Shown here: positions 12,182 to 25,542 of the stretch, one piece after another
Layout: every line of letters starts with the position of its first letter
How positions within the stretch are numbered: position 1 is the first letter of the stretch
From: Rhodosorus marinus CCMP1338
Taxonomy: Eukaryota > Plantae > Rhodophyta
Length of the DNA stretch: 64,000 nucleotides
Direction: 5' to 3'
NCBI GenBank assembly: GCA_029953675.1
Contig: JAMWBK010000001.1
Location: 930,001 to 994,000, forward strand
The notes under the pieces: model-generated
What the model was told of the DNA's origin: nothing
The model's database searches: none
The model's input: only the letters and a program-made list of their open reading frames with translations
Made by a program: the position numbers and the translations under genes

Positions 12182-13260
12182 TTATGCTCGCTTCTTGCGG
12201 CGCTTTTGATAGCTTTGTTGACGGATTTTCCGACCGTTCCGGCGTCCGTCAGGGGGACCAGCAGGTGGAACTTCACTTTCCTGCTTTTTTTCTTCGCCGA
12301 AGTCGACGACGCTCTCCCCATTCTTCTTTTCACCCTCGGCATGCTTCTCCGGGACCTGGAGCTTGGCAACAAATAGGTAGGCTGGTTTATCATCGGGGAG
12401 CCTTTCGAAGACACATATCTCCTCGATGAAATTTGGGGTATGCTCAGAATAGAGGAAGTTACCCGTCGAGTCTGTTACTGTGATCCTCCGTTTGTATCTG
12501 AACTTCAATGTCACCTGAAGACAATGATCATGAATCCATCCATTAGAATCCTCACTAAAAGACGCTCCCGGGTTGAATGCACTCCCACCTGGAACGCTAT
12601 TCCATCCTTCGTACGTGTCATCCTATTCTGCACGATCCTATGCCGAGATTGTTCCACCGCCTCCCATTTCACCCTGAGCTTTGATGGTACCTCGCTGAGC
12701 GCTGCGACCATCTGCTGATGGGTCTGTTTCGTCACGAGCCTAGAAAGGCTTTCATGATCTTTCAACGAGTAACCCTTGCTAATCTTCATATAACTTTTGA
12801 ATAGTTCATCAGGGCTCGCTGGGTCAATAGTCCATGCCCTCAGCAAGCTCCATCGGGTCTTAAAATATCCGTTGAACCTTTCCCACCATGCTCTGCGAAT
12901 CCCTGAGCAGTCGTGGGAAAAGCATTGCAGCCATGCTGAAGTAAGCCTAAATGAAGTTTCGCACATAACAGCGGGCACTACTAGCGCGAATTTATCTTAC
13001 CAACAGGATAGGGATCAACAATTTTAAGTTCCTTCGCAGTTGGAGCGGTTGCTCTACAGTCGCGCAAACAGGAGAAGAAAAAAACGATTCAGTACGGCGT
13101 CTAGCCGCAAGATCGAAATTCTACTCCAGCACCGGGCGAAAAGCACAGTTGGATAGACTTAGACTTACAGTCCGCGAAAACTAACGGATCGCTCCAGTTC
13201 CCGGGGAACAACCGTGCTGAAGCGTTGCACCACTCGACGACTTCCGATCAAACCCGCCAT
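12182..13260 (-). CDS. Tim44-like domain protein, mitochondrial ribosomal protein mL45/Mba1 family; spliced
   Basis: FKSYMKISKGY...VKWEAVE...FQ|...TLKFRYKRRITVTDSTGNFLY...FIEEICVFER resembles the mL45/Tim44 fold. Putative first exon MAGLIGSRRVVQRFSTVVSPG (ATG at 13260) looks like a mitochondrial presequence. Confidence 0.72.
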
Positions 13261-13599
13261 CGTTCGAGGGATGTTATTGGCTATGACTCCGTTTCATTAA
13301 GAAAACCCTTAGATTATCCAGGAAAAGTCAGTACGAGAACTTTATCCAGTCTCCATAGTCCAGATGAAATGCGACAAAGCAGGCCCTACCAACACGCCCC
13401 ACCCCGAACCCCCACTGCTCCGAAAACAATTCTCAGATCAAAGAACTGCACCGAGCCGCAATGGGACAGCTTGTCCTGGAAACGAATGGACAAGCTGTCC
13501 TGAAGCAGACAGCTTGTCTCATTTTTGGTTCCCGCCAAGAACGCAGGTTAGTGCTTTTTATTGGTCAATACAATATTGAAAAAAGAATAAATATTATGA

Positions 13600-13607
13600 G
13601 CGGGAAA
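13600..13607 (-). promoter_or_regulatory. Candidate E2F site (TTTCCCGC) in the AT-rich promoter of DNA polymerase epsilon
   Basis: GCGGGAAA on the + strand, about 410 bp upstream of the POLE ATG. It matches the E2F consensus exactly, but an 8-mer can occur by chance. Confidence 0.4.
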
Positions 13608-14013
13608 TGATATGCTCAATATATTTCTACAAATAGAATATTCTCAAAGTCGAAACAGATGTAAAAACGTCCGGTGCTTATGGCATTAATCTGATTTTCT
13701 TCAATTTTGATGTACTTCCGGGGTCTTCTTTTGGGGGTATTTTCTGGGGCCAAGAGATCGGGGGGAAAACGAGGCCATTGTTTTCTTGAGATTTTTTGTT
13801 CGGTCGGTTGGGCGTTGGAAGGTGATAGTGGCTGATGTTACATGTGTTTTTCTTTTTTCGAAAGGATTTTGTTGTCCAAATGGAGTTGTTGGGGATAAGG
13901 ACTTGCACTGAGATGAAGTACTTGACAATGGACTGTTGCGGACCGGGTTGGAGGGAGGAGGGGAGGAGAATTGAGGGGTTTTCGGTTGTGTTTGAAGGTG
14001 GCTAGGCGAGAAA

Positions 14014-17000
14014 ATGGGTTTCAGCGGAAGAGGAAACGGATTCCGCGGCGGTTGGAGGGGGGTACGACGTGGAGGAGGTCGAGGACGAGGACGAGGACGA
14101 GGATATGGCTTCAAATCAAGCAGGAGGTTGGCACAGCCGAGCTGGGGCTCTGACGAGCCAGCGCAGACTGCAAACGCTGACCCGGAAATCTCGACAACCG
14201 AGAGAAAGACGCTTGACAGGAGAAAAGACATGGGTGAGCGAGATGGAATGCAGGTTCTTGGAAACTCCTCTCTTTCTACGCTTTTCTGAATGTATGTGTT
14301 TTCGCTTGGAAAGATTTCCGAGATTCAAATAGCGGAGTTGAAGCGCTGTCCACCGGATCGAAACCGCGTTTGGGATGGTTGTATAATATGGCGTCGGTGA
14401 CGGTTCTGGATTCCATCTCCGAAAAACTTGTTCAGGTAGCTACTAGCAAACCCGAAACCAGAATTCTGCAAGCATCGCTAAGTCTTGATTATTGTAAATA
14501 GGGAGCGGATTTGTTCTTTATTGGTTCGGATGGAGTAGACTTCAGAGCTACTGCAGTGATGCGACCCTACCTCTACCTCTCCGCGCTTGAGGACAAAGTG
14601 GGGGATCTGGAGACTTCTCTTCTCAAGCTGTACCCTGAACTGGTGCGGGAAGCTGAAGCGAATTTTTCCTTTGGATTCTGAGTACGAACTGATGAAATGC
14701 TTGACAACTGACTACCTTTCTGTGATAGATCGCTTGCTGTACAGTGACATACCTGGAAGACCTTGATGCTCCAAACCACTTATCAATGAGGGTTAGCAAC
14801 CTGGACCATCCGCAGCTGACCCTACTTCTGGCTTATTAGTTTTCGATCGTTTCTTGAATTCTGCAGGAAGGAAGATCCTACTTGAAAGTGGAGAGTTGGA
14901 CTATGAAAGAAACCAACGACCTCAGGCAAATGTTGTTACCTTTCCAACGTAAAAATCAAGCGAACAAGAAGAAACTCGGCGTTGCAGACGCTGCTGAGCT
15001 TGAGTATAGAGCTGGTCTAGATCTTCTGGATGATATTAGGGAATACGACGTGTCCCCATTGAACCGGATTGCAATTGACATGAATCTAAGGGCAGGTCAC
15101 TGGTACAGAGTTGATCCGGATGGAATGTCAGGTGTGTTCGTGCACCTTCGCACGAGCTGCTTGCCACGACCGTGTTTTAACCAAAACTGTCGGTTACAAA
15201 CTTCAAACCAGGAGCGAGCACGGATGTCACCGACAGTGAGGGCCAACAAGAGAAGAAGGCCGAGTACAGATCTGTGCATCTGGAACGAGTGGAAGAAATC
15301 CTGGAAAGAGCTACACCAACAGTGCTCGCGTACGATATTGAGTGTACTAAGCAGCCTCTTCGTTTTCCTGATGCTGACGAAGGGGATATGGTACAGTCCT
15401 CATTCAGCCAAGCGCGTTTCTCGGGTTGTTCGAGCTGACCACTGTCCTGTAATTGCAGGTGATGATGATTTCGTGGATGATTGACGGGCACGGCTTCCTT
15501 GGTGTCAACCGCGAGGTTGTTTCCGCTGATATAGTGGCTTTCTCGTATACGCCAAAGCCCGAGGTATGTTGCTTGTCAACAAGACATTGACGTGGTTTTC
15601 CAGGTCTCTAATTTCGATTTGACTCGCATTTGGTGAATCTAATAATTGCAGTTTCCCGGCGACTTCGTTATTTTCAACGAACCCGATGAGAAGGCCCTTC
15701 TCGAGCGCTTCTTTGAACAATACAGAGCAAACCGACCGAGAGTGGTCGTTACGTACAACGGCGATAACTTTGACTTTCCGTTCATTGAAAAAAGGGCCGA
15801 AGCTAACGGCCTTGACATGTACAACGAGATTGGTTTTAAGCAAACTTCTCAAATGCAGAGCGTAGAGTATCGATCGAGGACTGCCGTTCATCTTGACTGC
15901 CTCTATTGGGTGAACAGAGACTCCTACCTCCCGCAGGGCTCAAGAGGCCTAAAAGCTGTTACGAAAGCGTTGTTAGGATATGATCCATTAGAACTTGACC
16001 CCGAGGAAATGACTCCAGCTGCGAAATCTAGACCACATCTACTGGCTTCGTACTCTGTATCTGATGCTGTGTGCACGTACTACTTGTACATGAAATATGT
16101 ACACCCGTTCGTATTCTCGCTCTGCACGATTCTGCCCCTGAATCCGGACGACGTGCTACGCAAAGGCTCCGGAACCCTCTGCGAGCTTCTGCTAATGAGT
16201 GAAGCAAAGAAAAAGTTGATCGTTGCGCCGAACAAGCACGAAGACTATTCCGTTAAACACACACCAGATGGGCATATGCTCGAAAACGAGACCTACATTG
16301 GAGGACACGTTGAAGCGCTTCAGTCCGGCATTTTTCGTAGTGATATCCCGAGTAAGATTCTTACAGTATCGGTAGGCAAAAGACGGGCTACTGATGTGCT
16401 GTTTTTTTTTCACCACTCCAACCCTACAGTGAAATTCCGCATTGACACAACGGCAATTGAAGAACTTGAAAAGAAGATTGATTCGGTTTTGAAATTTGCA
16501 GTCGAAGCTGAGGCAAAGAAAACCCTCGAAGAGATTATAAACTATGAGGAACTAAAGGTAGGCTATATGCAAGCTGACTTCGGATTGTTCTGCACTCTGA
16601 CAAAACTGGCGCTTGTTTCTTTGTTTGCGTAGGAGAACATCTTAAATCAGCTCGCGGAACTTAAGAAGAATACATGCTTGACGGAGAATCCTCTTATTTA
16701 TCATCTTGATGTAGGGGCAATGTATCCTAACATTATATTGACTAACCGGCTTCAACCGCACGCTATTGTTGATAGCACAACATGTGCAGCATGCGACTTC
16801 AACGGTGACTCAGATTGTCAGAGGTACATGAAGTGGACGTGGCGCGGGGAACACTACACAGCCTCGCGTGGGGAGGTTGAGATGCTGAAACGATCTGGGC
16901 CAGGTCCTGTGGTGGAAGACATTTCAGACCCTTCGTTCATGAAAAGGTTGAAAGACTACTCAAGGAAGAATTATCGGAGAATTACTGACACTCGAATTCA

Positions 17001-20000
17001 GGAGCGTGTTGCAACTGTCTGCCAACGAGAGAACTCGTTTTACGTGGACACAGTCCGTGCGTTTCGAGACAGAAGGTACGACCTTAAGCAGATGTTAAAG
17101 CGATGGAAGAAAAAGGTGCGAGAAGCAAGGGAGAGAGGTGATGAAGCTCAGATTTTGGAGGCCGAGAGTATGATTGTGCTTTATGACAGTTTGCAGCTCG
17201 CACACAAGTGCATCCTCAATTCCTTCTATGGGTACGTGATGCGGCGAGGTGCAAGGTGGTATTCAATGGAAATGGCAGGCGTTGTAACACAGACGGGATC
17301 CCACATTATTCGAGGCGCTCGGCAGTTCATTGAACGCATTGGTGTGCCACTCGAACTGGATACTGATGGAATCTGGTGCACGCTGCCGAAGTCGTTCCCC
17401 GAGAACTTCGTCTTCAAAACGAAGGAAGGGCAAACGCATCAAATGAGCTTCATCTGCTCAGTATTCAACCAGGAGGTCCACCAGAACTTCAGCAACCACC
17501 AATACCAATATCTAAACAACAAGCAGGCGCCGTCTTCCTACGAGGTATCAACGGAATGCTCGATTTTCTTCGAAGTCGATGGGCCTTACAAGGCGATGAT
17601 CCTTCCAGCATCAAAGGAGGAGAATAAACAGCTAAAAAAGCGATATGCAGTTTTCAACGATGCCGGAAAACTCGTCGAGCTAAAAGGCTTTGAAATAAAG
17701 AGAAGGGGGGAGCTGAAACTTGTTAAGGTCTTCCAAGGCGACGTTTTCAATAAGTTCTTGGACGGCAGTTCCTTGGAGGAGTGCTACGATGCGGTGGCCT
17801 CAGTTGCTAATAGATACTTGGATGTCCTGGAGGAGGAAGGGAATATGTACGACGACGAATCCCTGATCGCTCTGCTCATGGAGCAAAACAATATGAGCAG
17901 GAGTTTGGCAGAGTACATAACGGACGGACAAAAGAGCTTAGCAATTACAACCGCAAAGAGATTGGCGGAACTGCTTGGCGAGCAGGTGGTTAGGGACAAG
18001 CTGACTTGCAAGTACATAGTCTGCAAGAAACCCGAGGGTGTTCAGGTGAGAAAAAACTTTTGAAAGATTCTCAGAGCCGCGTTTGGTTTTATGGCCCTAA
18101 GCGTCTGTCCTTTTCTTCTATTATTTGTTCAGGTTACCGAGAGGGCCATACCAATTCAAGTTTTCGGCACTGATGCAAAGATTAGAAAAGAGTTCCTCCG
18201 TCGCTGGACAAAGGAAACGGAGGATTCCGCTTTAGAACTGCGAGCTCTGATTGACTGGGAGTACTATGCGGGTCGGCTTGTCTCCTCGATACAGAAAATT
18301 ATTTGCATCCCCGCCGCTCTGCAAGAGGTAATACTCGCAAACTTGCAGGAGTCATTGCGAATACCTCCCACATGGGCTAGTTCTGAGATTCGAGACTTCC
18401 TGCAACGTTTTTTTTCCGTCAGCTGTCTAATCCAGTTCCGAGAATAGACCTTCCGGACTGGCTCGCGAAGAAGGTCGCTGAGATGAGAGATCCACGGAAG
18501 CAGAAATCCATTTCCTCCTTTCTCGTGCAGAAATCGACATTCGACGAATTTGATGATGTCAAGCATCTACCGAACAAGAGTAGCCGAGCATGTCCCGACA
18601 TGGAGGACATTACGAATCGTGCTAAGTCCACTGACAAGATAGCCAAGGCGAGACTGAAAACTGAAATTTCTGCTTCGCGTGGACACGGCCTGGCCGGTAA
18701 GTGAAAGGATTTCGTGCTTGCCATGCTTGCACCGCGAGGAGCTGGCTGTCCAATTTTTAACCACAGTGCTCAAATCCGCAGATGAGAATGAGCAGCCAGA
18801 TCTGAAGGATGGCTACGTATCATGGCTTAGAAGAATGAGACGAAAATGGAAACTGAGTAGGAAAAAGAAGGAGTTGGAAAAGCTGAAGAAAAAACGCTCA
18901 ACAATCGAGAGCGATGATGATGACGACGTCTCTGGGGGCAAGAATATGCTGAGTCGACGGCGAAGAGCTAGGGGTATTGGAAACTATTTCGAAGAACACA
19001 ATACGCGGCCAAGAGTGAGCTTGCTGAAGAACACGTGGGAGGTATTTTCGCTCGTGAAAACGAAGGGTAGAGGCAGGTATCAACTCTGGATACGCCCACT
19101 CTCATCACGTAAGGAAAGCAGGAAGCGTTGTAAGATCTTATCAAGACTTACAAAGGTCTGACTGTGCTAAACTTTTAGGCTTCGATGACGGCCCATCCGA
19201 GTTTTATGCAATCCCGTTGAGAGTCCCTCGCTCCGTGTACGTGAACTCACGACTGCCAAAGGATGAGCACCTTGGAAAGGAAGTAAAAGGTTATGTCCTT
19301 CCTAGAGGTCAGCACAGGTAAGCGTCTTAAAAGGAAGTCTATTAAAGCCAGGGTTTCTCAAGGTTGACTGTGCTCAAATATGTCAACTTCGCGCCTTGCG
19401 CAGCTTGCACCTGTACAGGGTTGGGGTAGATGAAGCTCATGAAGGTATGAGTACTGGCGGTCAGGTATCGAGCGAAGGCACGGACATTGAAGGAGTATAT
19501 GAAACAAAAACTCCCGAGGATTTCAACGCGCTTCTTCGGGTTGGCTGCCTGTGCAAGCCTAAAAACTTGCCTCAAGGGGGGAGGAGTGCCCTTCTCAGCA
19601 GGGGACTATGTATTGACGACCTGGAACCCGTCGACGTTCGAAGTCGCTCCCAGTACTTGGCACAAGGAGAGGACAAGGTTACTGCCTTCCTCTATGTGGC
19701 GGACTCTATGGACGGCTCTCAACGTTTGCTTTTTGGACTCCTTACGCCGTTGATAGAACAGGGCCTTGTAGTGAGTGTGTCACAGTCTCACAAGTCCCCC
19801 CCTTTGGATGCCGCAAGGATTTGGAAATCCATTGGGTCTGAGAAGGACGCCAACTTTTCCAATGAGTTTCAGTTCACTGTAGCAAACGAGCGGTCAGTGA
19901 AAGCGGCTGGAAAACTGGTTCATCAGCGACTTGAAGATTTGCTGATGGATGGTCGCTTCGCGAGGAGGACCATTCTCTGCGTGCAGAGCTCAATTGGATA

Positions 20001-22531
20001 CTGGTGCGCAACTCTTTTGCCGAAGCGTTCGTACCGATTGAAGAGTAACATTTGCTCACCTGATTGATTCTGCAGGGATTTGCTGGAAGATATTCCAAAC
20101 TTGCGACGATTTCCATCCGTACAGGTTCATTTTAATCGTCGGCATCGAGAATTTCAACCAGTGCAATGGTTACAGACTGCATTCCGGAACTGCCTGCTCT
20201 CATACGCAGACTTGGACCCGGAACTTTCGAAGCAGAAGTCCATAGCAAGATTTGCCGACATCCCGTTGGGGAACGTTAGTACCGTTGATCCGTACATCCA
20301 GGTATCGTGGAGCATCCCCGCAGTCGATCCATGTAGAACGTGAGAATTAAGTGTTCCGAAATTCTCTGCTAACCGAAGGCGCTAGACACACACTTTGCAA
20401 GACACCTACGCCGAAAGAACCATGTACTATGGTCCTCCGAAGGCGCAAAACCGGACATCGCAGGCTACGAAGACGAAGACAGTCCGCTTCGAGAGGAAGA
20501 TAGGCTGAACCCAGAATATATCATGGTACGCATGAACCTGAAGATCTACTTGGAATGTGGGGTTCGCGCGTCAACCTGAGAGTCTTCACTTTCCGTAGCC
20601 TGGCGCATACAGAACGATTTGCGTCGAGACGGAGCTTACGGATCTTGCGCTCGGTTCCGTTCTTGCAAGTGCGCAATTGAATGAAGCCGATGGAACCGAA
20701 GCGATCAGTGAACCAGTTCCAATCAAACACGATTCAGTTGAGGAAGAAGAGATTTCAGCCTCAGGCGCGATTGACGACGTCTCGAAGTCACTGCCGTCGT
20801 TCAGGATTCTGCGAGATATGCTCGCGAGCATGGAAAAGCTCGCTGAATCCGATAAGGTATAAACTTCTGCAGAAGCGTTGGCTACATATGTTCATGACAA
20901 CTCAAGTTTCCTGACCTTGATTCTAGGAGAGTGATGAGAAAGAAGTCGCTATTTCTGTAATGGAACACTTCTATCGCTGGCTGAGGTCTGAAGATGCGCT
21001 GATGTACGATCCGTCACTGCACTTTATTGTGCACAGTATGATGAAAAAGGTCTTTCGGATTCTATTGACCGAGTTAAAGAATCTCGGAGCCCAAGTGGCA
21101 TACGCGTCGGTTTCCAAGTACGTGCAGAAGCAAACACAAGCGAAGCCTCTGCCGTTTGGTTCTCGACTTTACTGAAGATACTTGTCCTTTTGCCCAGAAT
21201 CGTCTTGGTTACTCCGAAGAACGAGGCATTTGATGGGCTGCGCTACGCTGCGTTTATCGAGTCAACGCTAAGGGAAAAGGCTATATTTAGCAGGATCCGT
21301 TTCGCACCACTAATCGGGGTTTATCAGAGCCTCTTATTCGCGGATCCGTTCAATTATTCAGGGGTTCCTGCACTCGAGGAAAGCTCCATTCTAGAGGGAA
21401 AGGTACGCCCAAGACGTGAAGGTTCCCTCTGCCCCGGCATGTTCCGCTTGTCTCCGGTCCTGAACTATGTTTGCCCGTCTAGGTCAAGGTTTTCAACAGT
21501 ACAACTCGCGTCTATGGCGCGAGGGATCTTCCTCCTTCACGTATGAGCTGGGAAGTCGTTGACTACTTGCCGACGCCGGTTGCGTCTCTCTGGATGCAAA
21601 CAGTGGACGCCTTCATCAGGCACCCGCTCCAGGAGTTTCAAGTTGCTAACGAAGAGAACCGATGCAAAGAGAAGGAAGACGGGAGCAAACAGATTTCGGA
21701 GGTATTACATGTCGCAGGTCTTGTTAGCCAAGTGGAGGAGGTTTCTGAATTCACATCACTATTGCTTCAGGTCCGGAATTTCCTCAGATCGGTTACTCCG
21801 GAGATCTTCGAGAGTATCCAGCAGATTCAAGAGCAGACTCCGAGTCTTGAAATTCCTACCTCCGCAATATTGAAACGCAAACTCCAACCTCCAGTGTTGG
21901 AGTATGTGATCGCCTTGATGCGGACCTTCAGTCTCGACGACAGCGTTCGGGACGAAGTTTCGAATCTGAGGAGGTCTGCTCTCTTGCTTCTGAACGTACC
22001 CGAGTTCAGCACCAGCGCGAAGTACTCGAACCCGAAAGCTACGTTCCGACTTCCGGATGTCATCTGTGCCAACTGCAAGTTGGTTGTGGACCTTGAGGTG
22101 ACTAAAGACGCGGTAAGAGCGGACACAGAGATGACGTCTTAAATCCACTCCACGGATACTCGCAATGAGCCTAATAATTGTTATGCATAATATAACAGGA
22201 AACTTCCAGCATGCTGCATCCGTGGGCATGTACATATTGCGAATACCCATATGACAAACACGAAATTGAGCTCGCGCTCGTTAAGGAGACCCAGGCCTCC
22301 GTGAAGTCGTACGTTGTGCAGGATCTTCAGTGCGTCAAGTGCAAGATGATCAAGCAGGACAACCTCCAAGAGCACTGCGCTTGCTCTGGGAGTTACCGCG
22401 CAACGTTCCTGAAAGGAGATCTCGACTTGAGGCTTAAGACTTTGAGGGAGATTTCTTCGAGGTATGAACTACCTCTGTTACACCACGTAACGAGCAAGCT
22501 CAGCGGGAGGTCGAACTCGAAATCAACATAG
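14014..22531 (+). CDS. POLE: DNA polymerase epsilon catalytic subunit A; many exons
   Basis: N-terminal GWLYNM and EDLDAPNHL; Exo[18 protein letters not shown]; [11 protein letters not shown]; YSVSDAV; Pol motifs [34 protein letters not shown] and ELDTDGIW; Fe-S CAACDFN...C; C-terminal CANC...CTYC and CVKC...CAC zinc motifs; stop at 22531. Confidence 0.97.
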
Positions 22532-23024
22532 GATTTTGATGTATTAACAATAATATATGCAGTCACACTGCTAAGCGAGTTTTCTCCGCTTTTATTAAAG
22601 AAACGATGGATTCATCCACTAGGCTCGATATTCGAAGAGTCGTCTCATGGACCCGCCTCAAATATGGCGAGCTTCGATCGGACAGACTAAGTACGCAGTC
22701 AAGCGATGAAAGATCGAATGTGATATGGGCAGGTCGAATTGCTTCCATAACCCTGCAAATGGCTGAAACCAAGAACGAAAGCGCACATCTTGGAAACCAC
22801 CTTTGCGGTTTACACGTTCTACGACCCTGATCGAGAGCTTGCATAGCATGACCAAGTTTACACACCATTTAGTGAAGTTGTTACACGAAAGGCATGTTAA
22901 ATGAGACACATGTCAGCAGATTGGCGCTCGACATAATCTGATAACGACTTGTCAGACCAGACTGGTTCTCAGCGTTCGGGCTGTGAAGAGATTTGGGATC
23001 AGCTTGCGAAATGCTGCAGATTAC

Positions 23025-23684
23025 ATGGAGAGTGACGACTTGAAGATTGTGGAGGAGAATCTTGTACTGTCCACATATCCACATGCACGAGTTGACTGTC
23101 CGGTTGACCCGATCGTGGAGGCAACTTTGGCTTCCATTGGGTGTGATCTGTGCTACTGTTACGTGTGTGATGTGCAGTCATCCTTGTGCCCAGTTTGGGC
23201 TTATCACCATAGCAGCAGCGGAGCCAAGGCGGTGTGGAGGGCTGTGAAGTCGACTAGAAGATTCAGCCACACTGCGGTGACGATTGCAAGAAACGACAGC
23301 GTGCAATCCTTGGTTGAAAACTTTGTTGAGGTCGTCTTGCATTCGTCCATGCTGCTGCCGGGAACCCCTGCATTCCGGTCGATCATATCTGTTGACGACC
23401 ATATGCCAAGTCCGACTGATGAACAACTTATCAAAAACTGCGTACCAAGGCAACCCCCTGATGGTGAAAGGCATGAGGGTGCGGTAAGGAAACAGGTTGA
23501 TTTTGAACTGCTCGTGAGAGATCTTGACTCGAAGTTGCACCTTGTAGACGAAACGAACCACGGTAATGAGGAAGAAACCGCTTCGCCATTTGAGACCGGC
23601 GTTGTGGACGACGTGAGTTCGATTCCCGTCAAGCGAGAAGAAACCATCGATTGCAAAGCCGAGAAGCACGAACCAGCCACCTGA
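23025..23684 (+). CDS. Uncharacterised protein with a Cys/His-rich motif (resembles the plant RPM1-interacting-protein-13-like domain)
   Basis: YPHARVDC...CDLCYCYVCD...CPVWAYH resembles the (D/T)(Y/F)PHxRxxC...CxxCxCYVCD...CxxW motif. Exons further up- or downstream (e.g. 23990-24165) are possible. Confidence 0.55.
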   Translation: MESDDLKIVEENLVLSTYPHARVDCPVDPIVEATLASIGCDLCYCYVCDVQSSLCPVWAYHHSSSGAKAVWRAVKSTRRFSHTAVTIARNDSVQSLVENFVEVVLHSSMLLPGTPAFRSIISVDDHMPSPTDEQLIKNCVPRQPPDGERHEGAVRKQVDFELLVRDLDSKLHLVDETNHGNEEETASPFETGVVDDVSSIPVKREETIDCKAEKHEPAT

Positions 23685-24490
23685 GCGAGAGTCTTCAGAA
23701 AGAAGTATTCTACTGGCTACTGATCGGCCAGCACCAAAAATTTAGTAGTCCGTGACTGAGAGATACGAATTTGACTGCGGAGCCGCTTCATGACCACAAC
23801 TGAGCTCCAGACTCAGAGGACGGCATCTGTGCTCCACTGTGATGAAGACAACCAACCGGAAGCGGATGATCAAATGCAGACGATTCAAGTCTTTAGAAAG
23901 ATGATGATATGTCTGTCCTGAGCAATACGGTGTCGCTACCCCTAGAATGGAAATGAGCAAGCAACTGTGAACTACGACCATTAATGTAGATACTTCAGGA
24001 GCTCAAGAGCTGCTGAGGATCATCGATAGGGTACGCGCGCATCCAGATCCGAGGGATAGTTGTCACACACAGGCTGTTGAGCCTGGGCTTCTCCTTCAAG
24101 TGGAGGTGACCCGAGTCACTTCAAAACAGGATATAGTACGCAGTGATCTGTACGAACAATACTAACAACACGGGCCAAAGCAGAGTACCATATGTATTTT
24201 TCAATTTTAGAACATAAACCAACAGATATTGTACACCTGTCATGCTTTTCAATCATGTCCAATTATAAACCATGCCGGAAATATGCAAGCCAATCATAGT
24301 GCCTCCCTCTAAGTAATAACATCATTAATGATTATTCATCCAACCAATATCAATAGTCTCTATATATATATTATAAACTTAAAAATATTTCAAGATGTCG
24401 CGCCGTTGCCCAAATAAAATTGAATAAAAATACAAAACGAAGTGTTTCAGTTTATTACAAAATAGTAGATTATTTCCCCAGATATCCGGA

Positions 24491-24505
24491 TTTCCGGAAA
24501 CTTCG
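24491..24505. promoter_or_regulatory. Three-unit heat-shock element upstream of Cpn10
   Basis: tTTCcgGAAacTTCg is a perfect nTTCnnGAAnnTTCn, about 500 bp upstream of the Cpn10 ATG. TATAAAT at 24811-24817. Confidence 0.6.
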
Positions 24506-25000
24506 ATTTGAGTGGACTTTTTTTTAATCCGTCAAAAATTGTATTGTTTTTCATCATCGCGGCCATTCGATCGGTTTGGTGGCCGATCGATCTATTCAAT
24601 TTTTTTAAAGAAAACATTTTAGAGACGCGAATGGGAATTGTCTGTTCCCGGCGTTTCACGTCTATCCCTGTAGGTATCCATGTTTTTTGGAAATAAAACT
24701 GAAATGTATGGATTGTTTAAGAGTTAAGAGTTTTCTGTCAATGGCGTGGTGACGGGTCTGACGCTGAGTGAGGTTTACATCGTGACGGGCGACTTGGGTG
24801 GGATTTTGGGTATAAATAGTGTCGGATTGAGGTTTTTCGGGGAGAGGTGGAGGAGGTGGGAGTTGAGGTAGCAGGGCTTTGGTTTGTGTTATAGAGCGTC
24901 TGTTTTGGTCTTTGTTTTTAGGTGGTTTTAGTTATTAGGAAGGAAGATCTGAAGGTTCTGAATTGGATTTTGGAGGATCTTGAATAGATATTGGTTTGCA

Positions 25001-25294
25001 ATGGCGTCGAAGAGGATTATTCCGTTGTTGAATCGGGTTCTAGTGAAGAGGGTGGAGATGGATAAAAAGACTGCTGGAGGCCTTCTTCTGCCTGGAGCCA
25101 AGGATTCGAGGGAGGCTGTGGTGCTCGCTGTTGGTCCGGGAGCGGTGAATGTTGACGGGAAGAAGGTTGATATGAGTCTGAAAGAGGGTGACAAAGTGCT
25201 TCTACCCGATTTCGGAGGTACAGAGATCACCGATAGCGAGAAGACGAAACTGCTGTTGTTCAGAGAAGATGACATCTTGGCGAAGTTAGAGTAA
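25001..25294 (+). CDS. HSP10: 10 kDa chaperonin (Hsp10/Cpn10, GroES family, mitochondrial type); intronless
   Basis: MASKRIIPLLNRVLVKR...KTAGGLLLP...VLAVGPG...LKEGDKVLLPDFGGTEI...LFREDDILAKLE; 97 aa, no transit extension. Confidence 0.95.
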   Translation: MASKRIIPLLNRVLVKRVEMDKKTAGGLLLPGAKDSREAVVLAVGPGAVNVDGKKVDMSLKEGDKVLLPDFGGTEITDSEKTKLLLFREDDILAKLE

Positions 25295-25542
25295 GAGTGG
25301 TTTTACGGCAGTGCGCAAATAAATCCCGCCCTTTTTGTTTCCTTTCACCGTTACTGCCGTGGTTCATCCTTTCCGCGATCAAAGGGTCTTGTAATAAGGA
25401 GCTGCTAATGCTACAATATACTCTATCCAGGACGACAAGCTCTGCAGGAGAGAACCTAATCGCAGGATCGGCAATGGACTCAGACCTCCGATCCCGCAAC
25501 CTGAGCCGTCGAGCCGTCCGCTTCCGTTCCCCTTACCAATCC

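Noticed and set aside
16678-18047. Intein or insertion in the Pol epsilon polymerase domain
   Set aside because: Motifs A, B and C are contiguous with normal spacing. Interruptions elsewhere are ordinary introns.
23742-23981. Small ORF with a signal-peptide-like N-terminus
   Set aside because: No further support. The + strand here has equally plausible extra exons of the upstream gene.
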